From Azolla caroliniana (Eukaryota; Plantae; Polypodiophyta): DNA of 64,000 nucleotides. Both the position numbers and the translations under genes were made by a program. Location: assembly GCA_043228905.1 (NCBI GenBank), contig JBHGNT010000007.1, forward strand, positions 20,026,001 to 20,090,000. Reading direction: 5' to 3'. Shown piece after piece: positions 50,761 through 63,330 of the stretch (position 1 is its first letter; each line of letters opens with the position of its first letter). The notes under the pieces are model-generated. The model did no database searches, was not told the DNA's origin, and saw nothing but the letters and a program-made list of their open reading frames with translations.

Positions 50761-53456
50761 GTGGTTTGTTTGTTGTAAGCAAGTTGTGCATATTGAGAAC
50801 TGATGAAATGAACCATAAAAACAACATAGAAGTTCTGTTGTGGGAGAGTTTCACTAAGAATGAGTAACGAGAAGAGAGAAACATAAGTTAATGAATGATC
50901 GAAGTCAAAAGTGGCAAGGAGCAGATCATTACAATTAAAAAATCTGACATAATTTGCCTATATGTACATACATAGTTGACTTTGCAAACATGCATACTTT
51001 TGGGTTTTCTGAACATTTAGTTACCATTTTGAATCATTACCTTAATTGAAGGTAACAAATCTAGGTAAAAGTGTGGAGGATGTTGAAGGAAAATCTAATA
51101 CATAAAAAAAGAATCTTCTATTTCTTTATCGAGTTGTTTTGAGGAGAATCCAAAACCCCTCTCAAAATGTGGCATTTACATTTCAACATCCTTATGAATC
51201 GCGCTTTCATCAATTTTTGATTTCTATATCCATATTATTTCCCAACCATAAAAAGGGGTCTATCAACAATTGCTAACTGAAGTGCCTCTTAGACCAATAT
51301 AAGGAGACCTAACAATTGGAGGCTCGTCAAAAAGGCAATAAAGAGTTTTGTGTATTAAATATATTTAAAATTTGAGAAACATCATTTGAGGGACAAAATC
51401 CCTATGTTTCGATGAATTGATGGTTTGCTTTGTACATTAGATCATAATAGATGAGCAATTCTTTTAAGCTTTCTTAAGGCACACATAAATGTATGCATAT
51501 ATAACCTTCCTTGCAATAACATCGAATCCATAGTGATACTAAAACACACATTTCCAAATAAGATGATACAAATTAATGCAAATGCTAAACAAGAAAATAC
51601 ATTTTAATGTACACTATACATGCAATGCATTCAACGAAATGCATAAGCATTACAAAAAATTGTATGCAAAGCATCATTCAAAACATGTGAAACATAAACC
51701 ACATGACACACAAAAAGCTGTATATGTTTTTTCAAGAGGGATTTTCAAGATTATACATTTTATAAATATGCCTTCCTTTATGCTAGTTTTGCTACAAAAG
51801 TATTCAAAGATTTAGATTTTACCAACAAGTTTTCAAACCAAGTTCTTCAAAACAACATATCAACTTGTACGTGAGAATATCAACGTTTGGTTCTCAATTA
51901 AGGACCAAGGCACATGGATCGATGGTTACAACCCTTAACTTGAAAGTTAAGTATTATAATTTATCATCCCATTAAAAATCTATTACTAATCATTAGGTAA
52001 AATAAAAGTAAAAGAAAGGTAAATAGATTGCATAGAAGAACTCAATCCTCCTTATAACCCTTGAGCTATGATCAAGAGAAAGCTAACCTACCACGAACGT
52101 TCAATACTAATGGATATTAGGATGACTAGTACCTTGGAATAGGTAATACGATCATTGTGACGAAATCCGAGCCCGCAACATTGGTGTCTCAGGACTTTAG
52201 CTTTTCAATGTAATGTGTTTTATGAGGGTATGTAGGTCTTATATTTATACTTCTTCTTAGACCACTTGAATAGATATGATTTTCGAAAAGACTCTCTAAT
52301 CATTAGTTATCATGATCATGATAGTGCATGCACTTATCATTCCTTCTATCCAATCACATTTGTCAGTTTCTAACATTAGTGAACATATTGTTGACGAATG
52401 TTTTGTAAATATTAGTGTCCTACCCTCACCTATGTTATGTATTTATTATCACTAGTGAAGTCTTTATTAATCTAACTCTAAATGTCTCGTGAAGAACTTA
52501 ACCAACAATGAAATGAAGCTACCCAACAAACTTAACCTCTGATGATTCAATTAATTATTATCCATTCTAATACAAGTGCTTAAGGACTTAAGGTACAATA
52601 CTTAAGCCCTCAGCCAAGATGATCAGAGTAACATTAGTGGTTAATAACAGATAGAGAATATAAGCACTCTAGCGTAAGTGACGAGAAAGGGAACAAGAAG
52701 AAATATCAAAAGGCACACAAAGTGATCATTTTTAGAGCCTTATACGATGCTTTCTTGCTATATAATTTACAAGTTGGTCAAATGGGATTATTAAGCTTTT
52801 CAAAACATAGAACACTTTAGACATTTCCACACAAGGATGGCCATAATAAAGGCATTCTATTTTAGGTTTCGATTTTTTGGTCCTCTTTTATTTACATATG
52901 GACTTTTGTCTATTGTGCATATGGTGGTGGTTGGAAGTGTGCTACCAAGTGCCTAACAATTGGCCCGAGATCCTATTTGAGTGTGAATTGCATCCAAGAG
53001 CTCATGTGAATCCAAAATGGCGGACATTCTCTGAGCTCCCACAACCCGTAGTTTGTCCCATTAAGACCCCCCTTCAACATTACTAATGATCTGTTAATTT
53101 CTCGAATCTTTATAATGATACCTCTCAACTTTCGAAAATTTACCAAAATAGCTCCCAAATTTTGATTAGGCATAATTAGGCAATCAATCAAGGAATTATC
53201 TCACACCAAGATATTATTAGGTAATTAATTAGGATATTATCTCAATTTTTTGATTAGGCTTAATTAATTGGTTAACCCAACCGATTATTCTACTAAATTA
53301 CGCATTAATCGCTAGATGGTGGATTAAAAGTATAGTTAATCAAGCTGTTATTTTGGTAATGCTAACTAAAACTAGCAGTGGAAAAGGAGAAGAGGTGAAA
53401 AGGAGAAGAGGGTCTTGTCTCTCCACAATGGATCCTCTGAGGAGGAGACAGATTTG

Positions 53457-55583
53457 ATGGTTTTGTGGAGCTTCTCTGAAGGGATGCATAACAGTATGAA
53501 GGCGGTCCATGCTGTGAAGCACAATCAAGATGCTAGTTATGTGGCCTTACTCAAGAGATGTGCCCAAAACAAGGATTTGCATAGAGGTTCTAGTCTACAT
53601 GCTGATATCATGAGAAGAGGTCTACTTGACAAGAACCCTCATCTAGCGAATACGTTGATCAGTATGTATGCCAAATGTGGTGCCTTTGAAATAGCACAAA
53701 CCGTCCATAGCGATATTCTCGCGCCTGATATTGTCTCTTGGAATGCACTCATTTCAGGATATGCATATCAAGGGCAGAGCCATGAAGCATTGCATTGTTT
53801 CGAGGAAATGCAAAGAGCGGGGAGACTTTCGCCGAATGAGATTACATTTGCTTGTGCCTTGAAGGCTTGTAGTGGTGTCAGAGCTATCGATAAGGGCCAA
53901 CAAATCCATTATGAGATTGTGAGGAGGGGCTTGCTAGAGAAAAAGATCATGCTTGGGTCTGCTTTGGTTGATATGTATGTTAAATGTGGTATGCTTGTCA
54001 AAGCACAACAAGTGCATGATGAAGTTCCGCTTCGGAATGTTGTCTCATGGTCAGCATTGATTGCAGGGTATGCACAAGAAGAGAAAGGCTATGAAGCACT
54101 TGATTGCTTCGAACACATGAGAAATGAAGGCTTATCTCCGAATGCGATCACCTTTGTTTCCATTCTGAAAGCTTGTGCAAGCATTAATGATTTTGAGAAA
54201 GGGAAACGGATTCATGATGAGATCGTTGCTCGTGGCTTGCTCAAGGAAAATGTCTTACTTGTTACGGCTTTGGTCGACATGTATGCCAAATGTGGTGCAC
54301 TTGCAAATGCACAGGAGGTTCTTGAGGAGCTCCACATCCGGGACATAGTCTCTTGGAATGCACTCATTTCTGGGTACTCTCAAGGGAAACAAAGTTATGA
54401 AGCACTCAAATGTTTAGAAAGGATGCAAAATGAGGGCCTGTCTCCAGATGTGGTCACTCTCACTTGTGTCTTGAAGGCTTGTGGAAATATCGGAGCTATT
54501 GAAAAGGGACTGAAAATCCACGAAGCAGTTGTTGGTAGTGGATCATTAGAGAACAACGTCATGCTTAACACTGCTTTGGTTGATATGTATGCCAAATGTG
54601 GCATGCTTGCACAAGCTCAGAAACTACATGATCAGCTCTCGGCTCGTAGTGTAGGGTCTTGGAATGCATTAATAGCTGGGTATGTTGAACACGGGCAGAG
54701 TCATGAAGCACTGACATGCTTTGAATGCATGAAAGAAGAATGTTTCTCTCCGGATTCAGTTACTTTCCTTTGTGTCCTGAAGGCGTGTGGTAGCACAGGA
54801 TCTATCGAGAAAGGGAAGGAAGTCCATGATAAAATTATGTGTAGTGGATTGCTTGATCAAAATATAGCTCTTGGAAGTGGTTTAGTGGATATGTATGCTA
54901 AATGTGGATGTCTTGCCAAAGCACAACAAGTTCACGATGAGCTCAATGTTCGGAGTGTAATATCATGGTCTTCTCTAATAGCAGGGTATGCTCAACAAGG
55001 GCAAGGTAAAGAAGCACTGCATTGCTTCCTGCAGATGCAATATGAAGGACTCTCTCCAAATGCTGTCACGTTCTTATGTATTATTAGCGCTTGTAGTCGA
55101 TCAGGCCGATTGGAAGAGGCCGAAATGGTATTTGAAATGATGAGTAGAGAATATGACTTCATACCAAATCTAGAGCACTATGTTTGCATGATTATTACCT
55201 CTGGATGTGCGGGCAACTTTGATAAGGCTGTTGCAGTGATTCAATCGATGCCATCCCTCGATTATTGTGTAGTTTGGCTTGCATTGTTGGGTGCTTGTAG
55301 AAAGTGGGGAAATATAAAGCTTGGGAGGTTAGCCTTTGACCAGGCAGTACAAGTAGATAGTAGTTGCGCGGCATCTTATATTCTTGTAGCTAATATGTTT
55401 TCGGATGCTGGAATGCAAGTTGATGCCGAAAGGATTGAAGCTATGAGAATAAAGCATGCTACACCTTGGAAGGATCTATGGGACAATGCAAGTGGAGATG
55501 TGTGCTCAATTTCCTATGAGGATATTTCAAAGTATTTTGAAAATAAAGATATAGATGCAAAAATTGGAAGATATTACATTTAA
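53457..55583 (+). CDS. PLS-class PPR protein, E domain plus remnant of the DYW N-terminal region (cluster gene 3)
   Basis: Five P-type motifs, E1/E2, and tail PWKDLWDNASGDVCSISYED. First in-frame ATG is at 53457. Confidence 0.95.
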   Translation: MVLWSFSEGMHNSMKAVHAVKHNQDASYVALLKRCAQNKDLHRGSSLHADIMRRGLLDKNPHLANTLISMYAKCGAFEIAQTVHSDILAPDIVSWNALISGYAYQGQSHEALHCFEEMQRAGRLSPNEITFACALKACSGVRAIDKGQQIHYEIVRRGLLEKKIMLGSALVDMYVKCGMLVKAQQVHDEVPLRNVVSWSALIAGYAQEEKGYEALDCFEHMRNEGLSPNAITFVSILKACASINDFEKGKRIHDEIVARGLLKENVLLVTALVDMYAKCGALANAQEVLEELHIRDIVSWNALISGYSQGKQSYEALKCLERMQNEGLSPDVVTLTCVLKACGNIGAIEKGLKIHEAVVGSGSLENNVMLNTALVDMYAKCGMLAQAQKLHDQLSARSVGSWNALIAGYVEHGQSHEALTCFECMKEECFSPDSVTFLCVLKACGSTGSIEKGKEVHDKIMCSGLLDQNIALGSGLVDMYAKCGCLAKAQQVHDELNVRSVISWSSLIAGYAQQGQGKEALHCFLQMQYEGLSPNAVTFLCIISACSRSGRLEEAEMVFEMMSREYDFIPNLEHYVCMIITSGCAGNFDKAVAVIQSMPSLDYCVVWLALLGACRKWGNIKLGRLAFDQAVQVDSSCAASYILVANMFSDAGMQVDAERIEAMRIKHATPWKDLWDNASGDVCSISYEDISKYFENKDIDAKIGRYYI

Positions 55584-57711
55584 TGTGTTAAAAGAAGGAT
55601 GTTCCTCAATTGAAAAAATCATGAAAGTATGTGGAATGACAGCAAGAAGACATAATATTACCATGCAAAACAGAAAGTTTGATATAGCCATTGTTAACAT
55701 GTTGATTAACTAGTGGAGGTTCATGGGATCGGTGGCTACAAGATTTTGAGACGGGCTTAAAGTTGTTTGCTACTCTTTTTGCCACAAGAAGTTTCATAAG
55801 TCCACCAATGGATCCATATGTTCAAACTATATGCACTATATTGGCAACATATACAATGGTTGTGGAGGGTTATGGCAACGACATCCCCACAAATGCCATG
55901 AGTGATTAGGGTCACATTGCCTTTGAACTCCATAGCTCAGAAGTTCAAATCCCACTTTGGCCTTGGTTGATGCAAGTAGAGAAGTTTGTGTTTCCAAAGC
56001 AAAGTTGTTTTGCAAGATGCCACATCTTGATGGTAGTGACATTGTCTCGTGATTTTTGTTCAAATGATGAATCCGAAATGTGTGTCCAAGAAACCTATCA
56101 TAGACGCAAAAGCAACTGCCAGGAAACATGTGTTCAAGGAACGGCTCATCAAGAAAAATAGATGATGGCGTCTTTTACCAATGCTTTGGCCCTCCACAAG
56201 GTACTGTAATATGAGGATCAACAATGCTTGGGGTTGTTTATGCTAGAACTCAAGAGACATAGGGAGAAGTTGTTGAAGGACAACAATACTACCACTCAAG
56301 CTCATTAACAAAGACTAATCACAACTTCCCGTTTGCCCATCACACTTGCCCATGCTACAAGTCAATCAAGGAGTACACAAGTGGGCTCCTGTTGGGAAAT
56401 TGTAGAAGGCTTACAATAGATTGGGCAATAGTAATTTTTTGTGCATGCCCTCGTGGATCATGATCTCACCATCCTCGTATCCACAAATGAAGGCCATTAT
56501 CTTCCGCCATTATAGAAAGCTTCCCTCGCGGTAGAGATGTCTCCATTCTAGAGACCTTTCGAAGACAAATCTTCGAGTCTATCTCACTTGAAAATCTACA
56601 TGTATTCATAACATAATTCTTTGGTCACTTTTATTTTTATTTATTTATTGAGCGAGTTAAATTTAGTTTGCTTTGTTCTCAATTTTCAAAGACAAGACAA
56701 CATTTTAAGATGTAATCTTTTGTTTGATCTTATATGCCATTTTGGCCTCTTAAAAGATGTTAATATATCTTTCCTTCTTTCTTTGTAAGGAAGCTGAAGT
56801 GACCCCAAAATGTTGAACCAAACTAATTTATGACATTTAATCAAAACTTATGTGAGCTGAAATTGAAACTACAAAGTACTCAAGAAAAGGAAACAATTGT
56901 TGACCTGGTTGCTAAAAAAGACTATGAAATGTGCTGTAATATCATTAGCAACATATAATTCATGGATGTAGTAATTCTTGAGCATTCATAGACTAGGTTC
57001 TCAAGTTTCATCCGAAAACGTCTCTCCATCAATACTTGTGCCACATGCTACAACATCTAAAACTTGCTAGCTAGCTCTATTGGTTTTGTCCCAAAGTATT
57101 TTGCATTGGTCTATATACCAAGGTGAACCTCTCCAATATGGGGATGCTTTTGAGGCTTCACACCATTGCACATTAGATGACGCTATTCTGGTTTGCATTC
57201 CCTTTCACGAACATATTCTCTAAGACAGTGTGTACAAATGGACACAAGTGTACACTAGATGCTAAAGATGGAACCCAAGAAATTTATGTGTGCATGTGCC
57301 ACGTGAACAATGATCAAAAGGATTGACAATTCTACAAACTAAACATGTGGACATATGCAAATGAGCAACACGTTCTATACCATTTTGAACATTATGAAAG
57401 AATGGTGTCACGGCGATCAACAAGATAGAATAGCATTGTCTCCTCATGAAACAACAAAGCCTAACATTGCTGGATGAGACATGCTTTTCAACGAGGTGTT
57501 TAAGACATGCACATTCTGCAACTTCGATTATATTGAAGGCTTTGTTTGTGACAATTTACATAAGTATACAGTAGGATATATCAATTGTATGTTTTGCATA
57601 CTACATTCCAACATTTGCCAATATCATCGATAACATCTTTAAAAAGAACATATTGTGGGTTTTTTTATTCATCCTCAACCCTTTGTCTCTCGTTTCGTTC
57701 TTTCTCTCTCT

Positions 57712-57812
57712 TGTGTTGGCTCGGCAAGGTACATCATAGCATCAAAAGCCATTGAATTAAGAGAACCCAAGTTCGATCCTCACCATGGGCTCTCTCTCCC
57801 TATGTGTTTTTT
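57712..57812 (+). mobile_element. Putative tRNA-derived SINE head
   Basis: B-box-like AAGTTCGATCC near 57769, homology with 19556-19606, and a T-run downstream. Confidence 0.4.
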
Positions 57813-58059
57813 AATGAGGGGTAGTGTTTATGAAATAAAGGAAAACTCGAGGGTAGTCTTGTGGAATTTTGTGAAGCCGAAGTGAGAGCCCATTTGGAAG
57901 AACCCCAACTCCATTGCTGAGCTCCATTACAGGAAACAGAGGACTACAGAATAACCTGGGATCGTTAAGCAGATGTCTCCTATGCATTGATCGTTTCAGG
58001 TATGAGACACAGAGAGAGAAAAAGAGACAGATAATGATGATGTTCATGATGATGATCAT

Positions 58060-58094
<35 letters not shown>

Positions 58095-58097
<3 letters not shown>

Positions 58098-58400
58098 CCC
58101 ATTGAATTATGAAACAAAACACCATACATGCTGAGTTATATAGATGTATAAAGATTCCCCATGATGATTCCCGAAAAGCAAAATACTAGATTTTGAGATG
58201 CCTATTAGATTCCTCGTGTTGAATCATAAAACAAAAGATTAGTGATGGTGAGATATAAATAATATTCCTAATGATGAATCCTGGAAAACAAGATCACTGA
58301 TGCTGAACCTTTGAGGTCTGTAGCATTCCTGATGATGAATCATGGATGAAAAAAGATTATTGATGCTGAGTCTTCAAGTCATTATGGCATTCAGCATGGT
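58095..58400. repeat. Degenerate repeats of about 55-60 bp in the probable 5'UTR intron of PPR gene 4
   Basis: attcc..atgatgaatc...aaa..agat..tgatgctga units; donor CAG|GTATGA near 58000 and acceptors near 59286-59295. Confidence 0.5.
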
Positions 58401-59301
58401 AAATCCTCTAGTGATTTTGAGATATGGAACATTCATCAGGATTAATGCTGAAAAAAGACCAGCGGTGTTATCAGGACATAGGGAGCTAATACAAAAATAT
58501 CCATGGTCTTGATGATGAATTAAATAGTAAGGACTAATAGTAAGCATTCAATATGGTGAATCCAATCTTAAACACTATTAGTAAGCATTCACCCCATGAA
58601 CAAAATAGTAAGTGCTGACCACAATGGATCAAATAGTAAGAAAACATCCATGGACTTGGGACATACAGTATTCAAAATTATAATCTCTAAGGAATAAATT
58701 ATAAATGCAACCCTTGAGGGATTATGAAGAGCTGAGAATATTAATGACATTGCCGGGATACAGCTAAAGAAAATATAGGATAAGGAGGTTGACAGATACA
58801 GAGGTAAAGAAGAGGTATGACAAGGAGATCAATACATAGATTGATAAATAAAAATCTTTAAAGAGATTCACACATAGATAACCTCAGAAGAAAATATGTC
58901 AAATGAGATTGGCACGCAGAGAGCTAATGAAAGTAAGATTTCTAAAGGAGACTTGGCACATACATGATAGGACTAAAGAAATGATATATCTAAAAGAGAT
59001 TGGCACATAGAGGGCTAAATGGACAATATGAGAAAGAAATCTTAACGTCTCTTAAAGTTCATAATGGCCAATGAGATCTGACAGGTGTTAACTCTGTTTA
59101 TGCTAACTCATCAATGTGAGTAACAAAAGAAATGTCTTTGTACTATATTTTCCGTAAAATAGATGGCTTGACATGTAATTATGAATGAAAACGGAGGACA
59201 AAGACTTCAGATTTGTGAACATAAGAAGAGTCAACATGAAAGCACTATATTACATTGTGGTATTCTGAAAAGCAGTTTACTTACAGAGTTAACAGAACAA
59301 T

Positions 59302-61668
59302 ATGACAAGAAGAGCAGCGTATAAAAATGAGAACAAAGATTTTGGATTTGCAGCATTGCTCAAGGTTTGTGCCCACAAGAAGGATCTATGTGAAGGCACT
59401 AGGCTACATGGTGATATTCTGAAAAGGGGTTTACTTGATAAAAGCCCTTACGTTTCTAGTTCTTTGGTCAGTATGTATGCAAAATGCGGTGCTCTTTCAA
59501 AGGCACAAAAGTTACATGATGATCTTCATATTCGAAGTGTAGTCTCATGGAATGCACTAATTGCTGGATATATGCAACAAGGGAAAGACCAAGAATCATT
59601 TGAATGCTTTGAACGCATGCAAAGAGAAGGTTTCTCTCCTAATGGAATCACCTTTGTTTGCATCTTGAAGATTTGTGGTCAGCAAGGAGCCATTGACAGA
59701 GGCAGAAAAGTTCATGAGGAGATTATCAGTAGAGGGTTTCTTGAGAAAGATATCGTACTTGGTACTGCTTTGGTGGATATGTATGTTAAATGCGGTGTGC
59801 TTGTCAAAGCACAACAAGTGCACAACGAACTTTACATTCGAGATGTGGTATCCTGGTCTGCATTAATTGCTGGGTATGCACAGCAAGGGCAAGGTCATGA
59901 AGCATTGAACTGTTTTGATCAAATGCATGGTGAGTGTATATTGCCAAATGCTGTAACCTTCACTTGCATTTTGAAAGCATGTGCAAACATTGGAGATGTT
60001 GACAAAGGCAGACAAATTCATGTTGCAATTGCTAGTAGGTGTTTTCTGGAGAAAGATATTGTTCTCGGCACTGCATTAGTGGATATGTACGCTAAATGTG
60101 GCGTCCTTGCAAAAGCGAAGCAAGTGCATGATGAGTTTTATGTTCGGGATGTAGTTTCCTGGTCGGCACTAATCGCAGGATATGCCCAGCAGGGTGAAGG
60201 TCATGAAGCACTGAAGTGTTATGAGACAATGCAAGGGGAGGGCCTCTTGCCAGATGTGGTCACATTCATTTGCATCTTGAAAGCCTGTGGTAGCACTGGA
60301 GCTGTTGAGAAAGGAAAGAAAATTCATGATGAGATTGTGAATAGGCAATTGCTGGAGAAAAATGTTGCACTTGGCACTTCTTTGGTGGATATGTATGCTG
60401 CATGTGGTATGCTTGTCAAAGCACAAGAAGTGCATAATGAACTTCGTGTGCGAGATGTTGTCTCTTGGAATGCATTGATTGGGGGATATACCCAGCAAGG
60501 GCAAGGTCATGAAGCACTGAACTGTTTTGAACGGATGCAAACTGCTGGTCTGTCTCCAGATGTAGTCACCTTCACTTGCATTTTAAAGGCATGTGGGAGC
60601 ATAGGAGCCATTGACAAGGGCAAACAAATTCACGATGAAATCCTAACTAAGGGTTTGTTAGGAAAAGATTTTGTAATTGGCACAGCTTTGGTGGGAATGT
60701 ATGCAAAATGTGGTTTGTTAGCTAAAGCACAAGAAGTGCATGATAATCTTTGTGTTCGGGATGTGGTCTCATGGTCTGCTCTAATTACAGGGTATGCACA
60801 AGAAGGACATGGGCATGAAGCATTGGAATGTTTTAAACAGATGCAAGGGGAAGGCCTTTATCCAGATTTGGTTACATTCCTATGTGTCCTGAATGCATGT
60901 AGTCGGTCAGGACTATTAGGAGAGGCTGAGATTTATTTTGGGAATATGAGGAGAGACTATGGCATTACACCAGACTTAAAGCACCATGCTTGCATGGTGG
61001 CTGGTTTGGGATATACTGGGCACTTTGAAAAAGCAATGTCGGTTATTAAAACGATGCCATCTAGAGATCATCTTCCTGTTTGGCTTGGATTGTTGGGTGC
61101 TTGTAGAAAATGGGGGAATGTGAAGCTGGGGAGGTTGGCTTTTGATCATGCATCACAACTCGATAATGGTAGCTCTGGAGCATATGTCCTCATGGCGAAT
61201 ATTTATGCATCTGCTGGCATGCAAAAGGATGCAGATGAGATCGAAGCTATGCGGTTGGAATATGCTGCTTGGAACAAGGCAGAAACTTCGTTGTGGGTCG
61301 ATGCAACTGGAAGTGTTCATTCGTTTTCAATTGCAGATAAAAAGCACCCACAAAGTAATGATATATATGTGAAGGTAAACGATATTTTTGGGAAAATCTT
61401 GCAAGAATATGACCAGAACAAGCATTGCATGCTAGAAATTATTTCAGGTAATGATGGACAGAGTGTAATGCTAGCCATTGCGTGTGCCCTTATCAACACT
61501 TGCCAAGGTGAGACCATACACATTATGAATAATATGACACTTTGTAATGACTGCCATATTGCAATGTCGATGATATCAAAAGTAGAGGAACGGAAGATTA
61601 TCTTAAAGGATGCAAAGTGCCTTCATGTTTATGAAAATGGAAAATGTCTCAATGGGGGACCAGGGTGA
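59302..61668 (+). CDS. PLS-class PPR protein with a degenerate DYW:WW-like deaminase domain (cluster gene 4)
   Basis: Five P-type motifs and E1/E2, then SLWVDATGSVHSF..DKKHPQSNDIY..LAIACALINT..CNDCH..ISKVEERKIILKDAKCLHVYENGKC. HSE is replaced by QSV and there is no terminal DYW. Confidence 0.95.
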   Translation: MTRRAAYKNENKDFGFAALLKVCAHKKDLCEGTRLHGDILKRGLLDKSPYVSSSLVSMYAKCGALSKAQKLHDDLHIRSVVSWNALIAGYMQQGKDQESFECFERMQREGFSPNGITFVCILKICGQQGAIDRGRKVHEEIISRGFLEKDIVLGTALVDMYVKCGVLVKAQQVHNELYIRDVVSWSALIAGYAQQGQGHEALNCFDQMHGECILPNAVTFTCILKACANIGDVDKGRQIHVAIASRCFLEKDIVLGTALVDMYAKCGVLAKAKQVHDEFYVRDVVSWSALIAGYAQQGEGHEALKCYETMQGEGLLPDVVTFICILKACGSTGAVEKGKKIHDEIVNRQLLEKNVALGTSLVDMYAACGMLVKAQEVHNELRVRDVVSWNALIGGYTQQGQGHEALNCFERMQTAGLSPDVVTFTCILKACGSIGAIDKGKQIHDEILTKGLLGKDFVIGTALVGMYAKCGLLAKAQEVHDNLCVRDVVSWSALITGYAQEGHGHEALECFKQMQGEGLYPDLVTFLCVLNACSRSGLLGEAEIYFGNMRRDYGITPDLKHHACMVAGLGYTGHFEKAMSVIKTMPSRDHLPVWLGLLGACRKWGNVKLGRLAFDHASQLDNGSSGAYVLMANIYASAGMQKDADEIEAMRLEYAAWNKAETSLWVDATGSVHSFSIADKKHPQSNDIYVKVNDIFGKILQEYDQNKHCMLEIISGNDGQSVMLAIACALINTCQGETIHIMNNMTLCNDCHIAMSMISKVEERKIILKDAKCLHVYENGKCLNGGPG

Positions 61669-63091
61669 TAAACGTGGATTTATGAAGGTTTGGTTTTACG
61701 ACATTTCGAAATATACATATGTATATTTATAGTATTGTAGTCACAAGGGGTTTTATGGAACCATGTTTGGACACTTACAAGATATCTGGATGTGGGAACA
61801 TATATATGTGTATCTTGAAAGGTTGTCAGAACTACTTAAAGCTGATTAAGACAGTCCAATCATTATCATCTTACTATAATCACAATAAAGACTTCGACCA
61901 AGAATTTAAACCTTGACAAATATATCGTGAACAATGTAGAGGCATTTGAGAGGCTATGCTGAGACCATCATATGGAACAGTCATTTCATGGTTGGTTGGA
62001 AAATGGACTTTTTAATGAAGTGTTTGTTTGTTGCAACATGCAAGCATATGGATTTTGAGCAGCATTGATCTGTATGCATTGTATTAGTGAACACAACTGT
62101 AAAATGCGAATTTCTTCACAAGGGCACTTATGAAACAATTTTGAAAAACAAATATTCCATGCATTTCCATCAATGGAAACAAACTAAGAATCTAGCAAAC
62201 CTGGTCTTAGATACTTGCCCATCATTTTTGGAACAGTGAATGTGAACATGCCACCATGGTGTACTCTTGTAATCAAGAAAATGGAGGTAGTCTATTCCTA
62301 AACCCGCTTTTAGGTATTGGAACTGCTCATCACTTCAATTGTGGTACGTAACCAACTGTTTTAAGGAATTTCTGTTTGACTCACTACCTCCTAGATTTTG
62401 TGGTCCATATTATATCTATGAGCATGCTTTAGCAGAAAATGCCCAAGGCTGATGGATTATGGAATGTTTTCATAATTGCATACAAACATATATTGATTGC
62501 ATTTATTCGCTTGGAAGGAGCTTGCACTATGAGAATCTAGTTTTAGCTCAAATTTTATGATAGCCCAAGCAAAGAAAAAGATGGCATCAAAGAGCAGACA
62601 TACATTTATTTTTTACACAAGCTTACCATCCAGTGACATAATTAAAGTTTTACGAAATGTTCATAAATGTTTACCATCCATAGGCACAACAAAGAAACAA
62701 CTTTTGTACCATCAAATGGCGGGTTTTACTTCCAATGTTCCTAATAATATCCCCTCTACAAGTGTCTACTCAGTTCCTAGAGTGAAATTTCTCTAGCTAG
62801 TTATTCTTTAGGTTAGCATGCATCCTTGTATTATCTTTGTATTATTTTGGATCCATATATTGTGTACTTAAATTTTGGCCACGTGTCTATTTCTATGTAA
62901 AGATATTTTCAAGATATGTTGTACATCATTAGGGTGTAATTAGTGAGTGTTTTGATAGACCACAACCTAAGTTCAAGAGTTCGCAAGTAATATGAGAATG
63001 GGTATGCTTTCCTATCAATTGTACTATCTTATTTGAGAATGAAAGATTGAGATGGCTCATGTAAATATCTCACTCTAGAGCTACATTGAAT

Positions 63092-63330
63092 CTATATGTT
63101 TGCATGCAATACATATTTAGCATACATATTCCCCAATGCAATTCTAAGGTACTTACAATAATGGTTCTTTCTAATCCTTTTATGACTCCTATTCCTTCTT
63201 CCCTTAATAGTTGATATAAAATCTAGTGCATTCAAACTAGCATGAGAAATGTTTAATTTGGTTTTCCTAAACACGATGGTATATACTGGAGAGCCCTTGC
63301 AATTAGATATGTCCATAGTGAGGTTCAATT
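63092..63330 (-). pseudogene. Possible decayed PPR fragment
   Basis: H..IRKN......IALGNMYAK resembles an L-S motif junction; the rest is degenerate. Confidence 0.35.

Noticed and set aside
57000-57620. Possible ancient PPR remnant on the minus strand (also 62100-62560 on plus)
   Set aside because: Similarity too weak to call by eye.
61273-61668. U-to-C editing DYW:KP domain
   Set aside because: Lacks the KPxxAxIE start and HxE motif; resembles a degenerate WW type instead.
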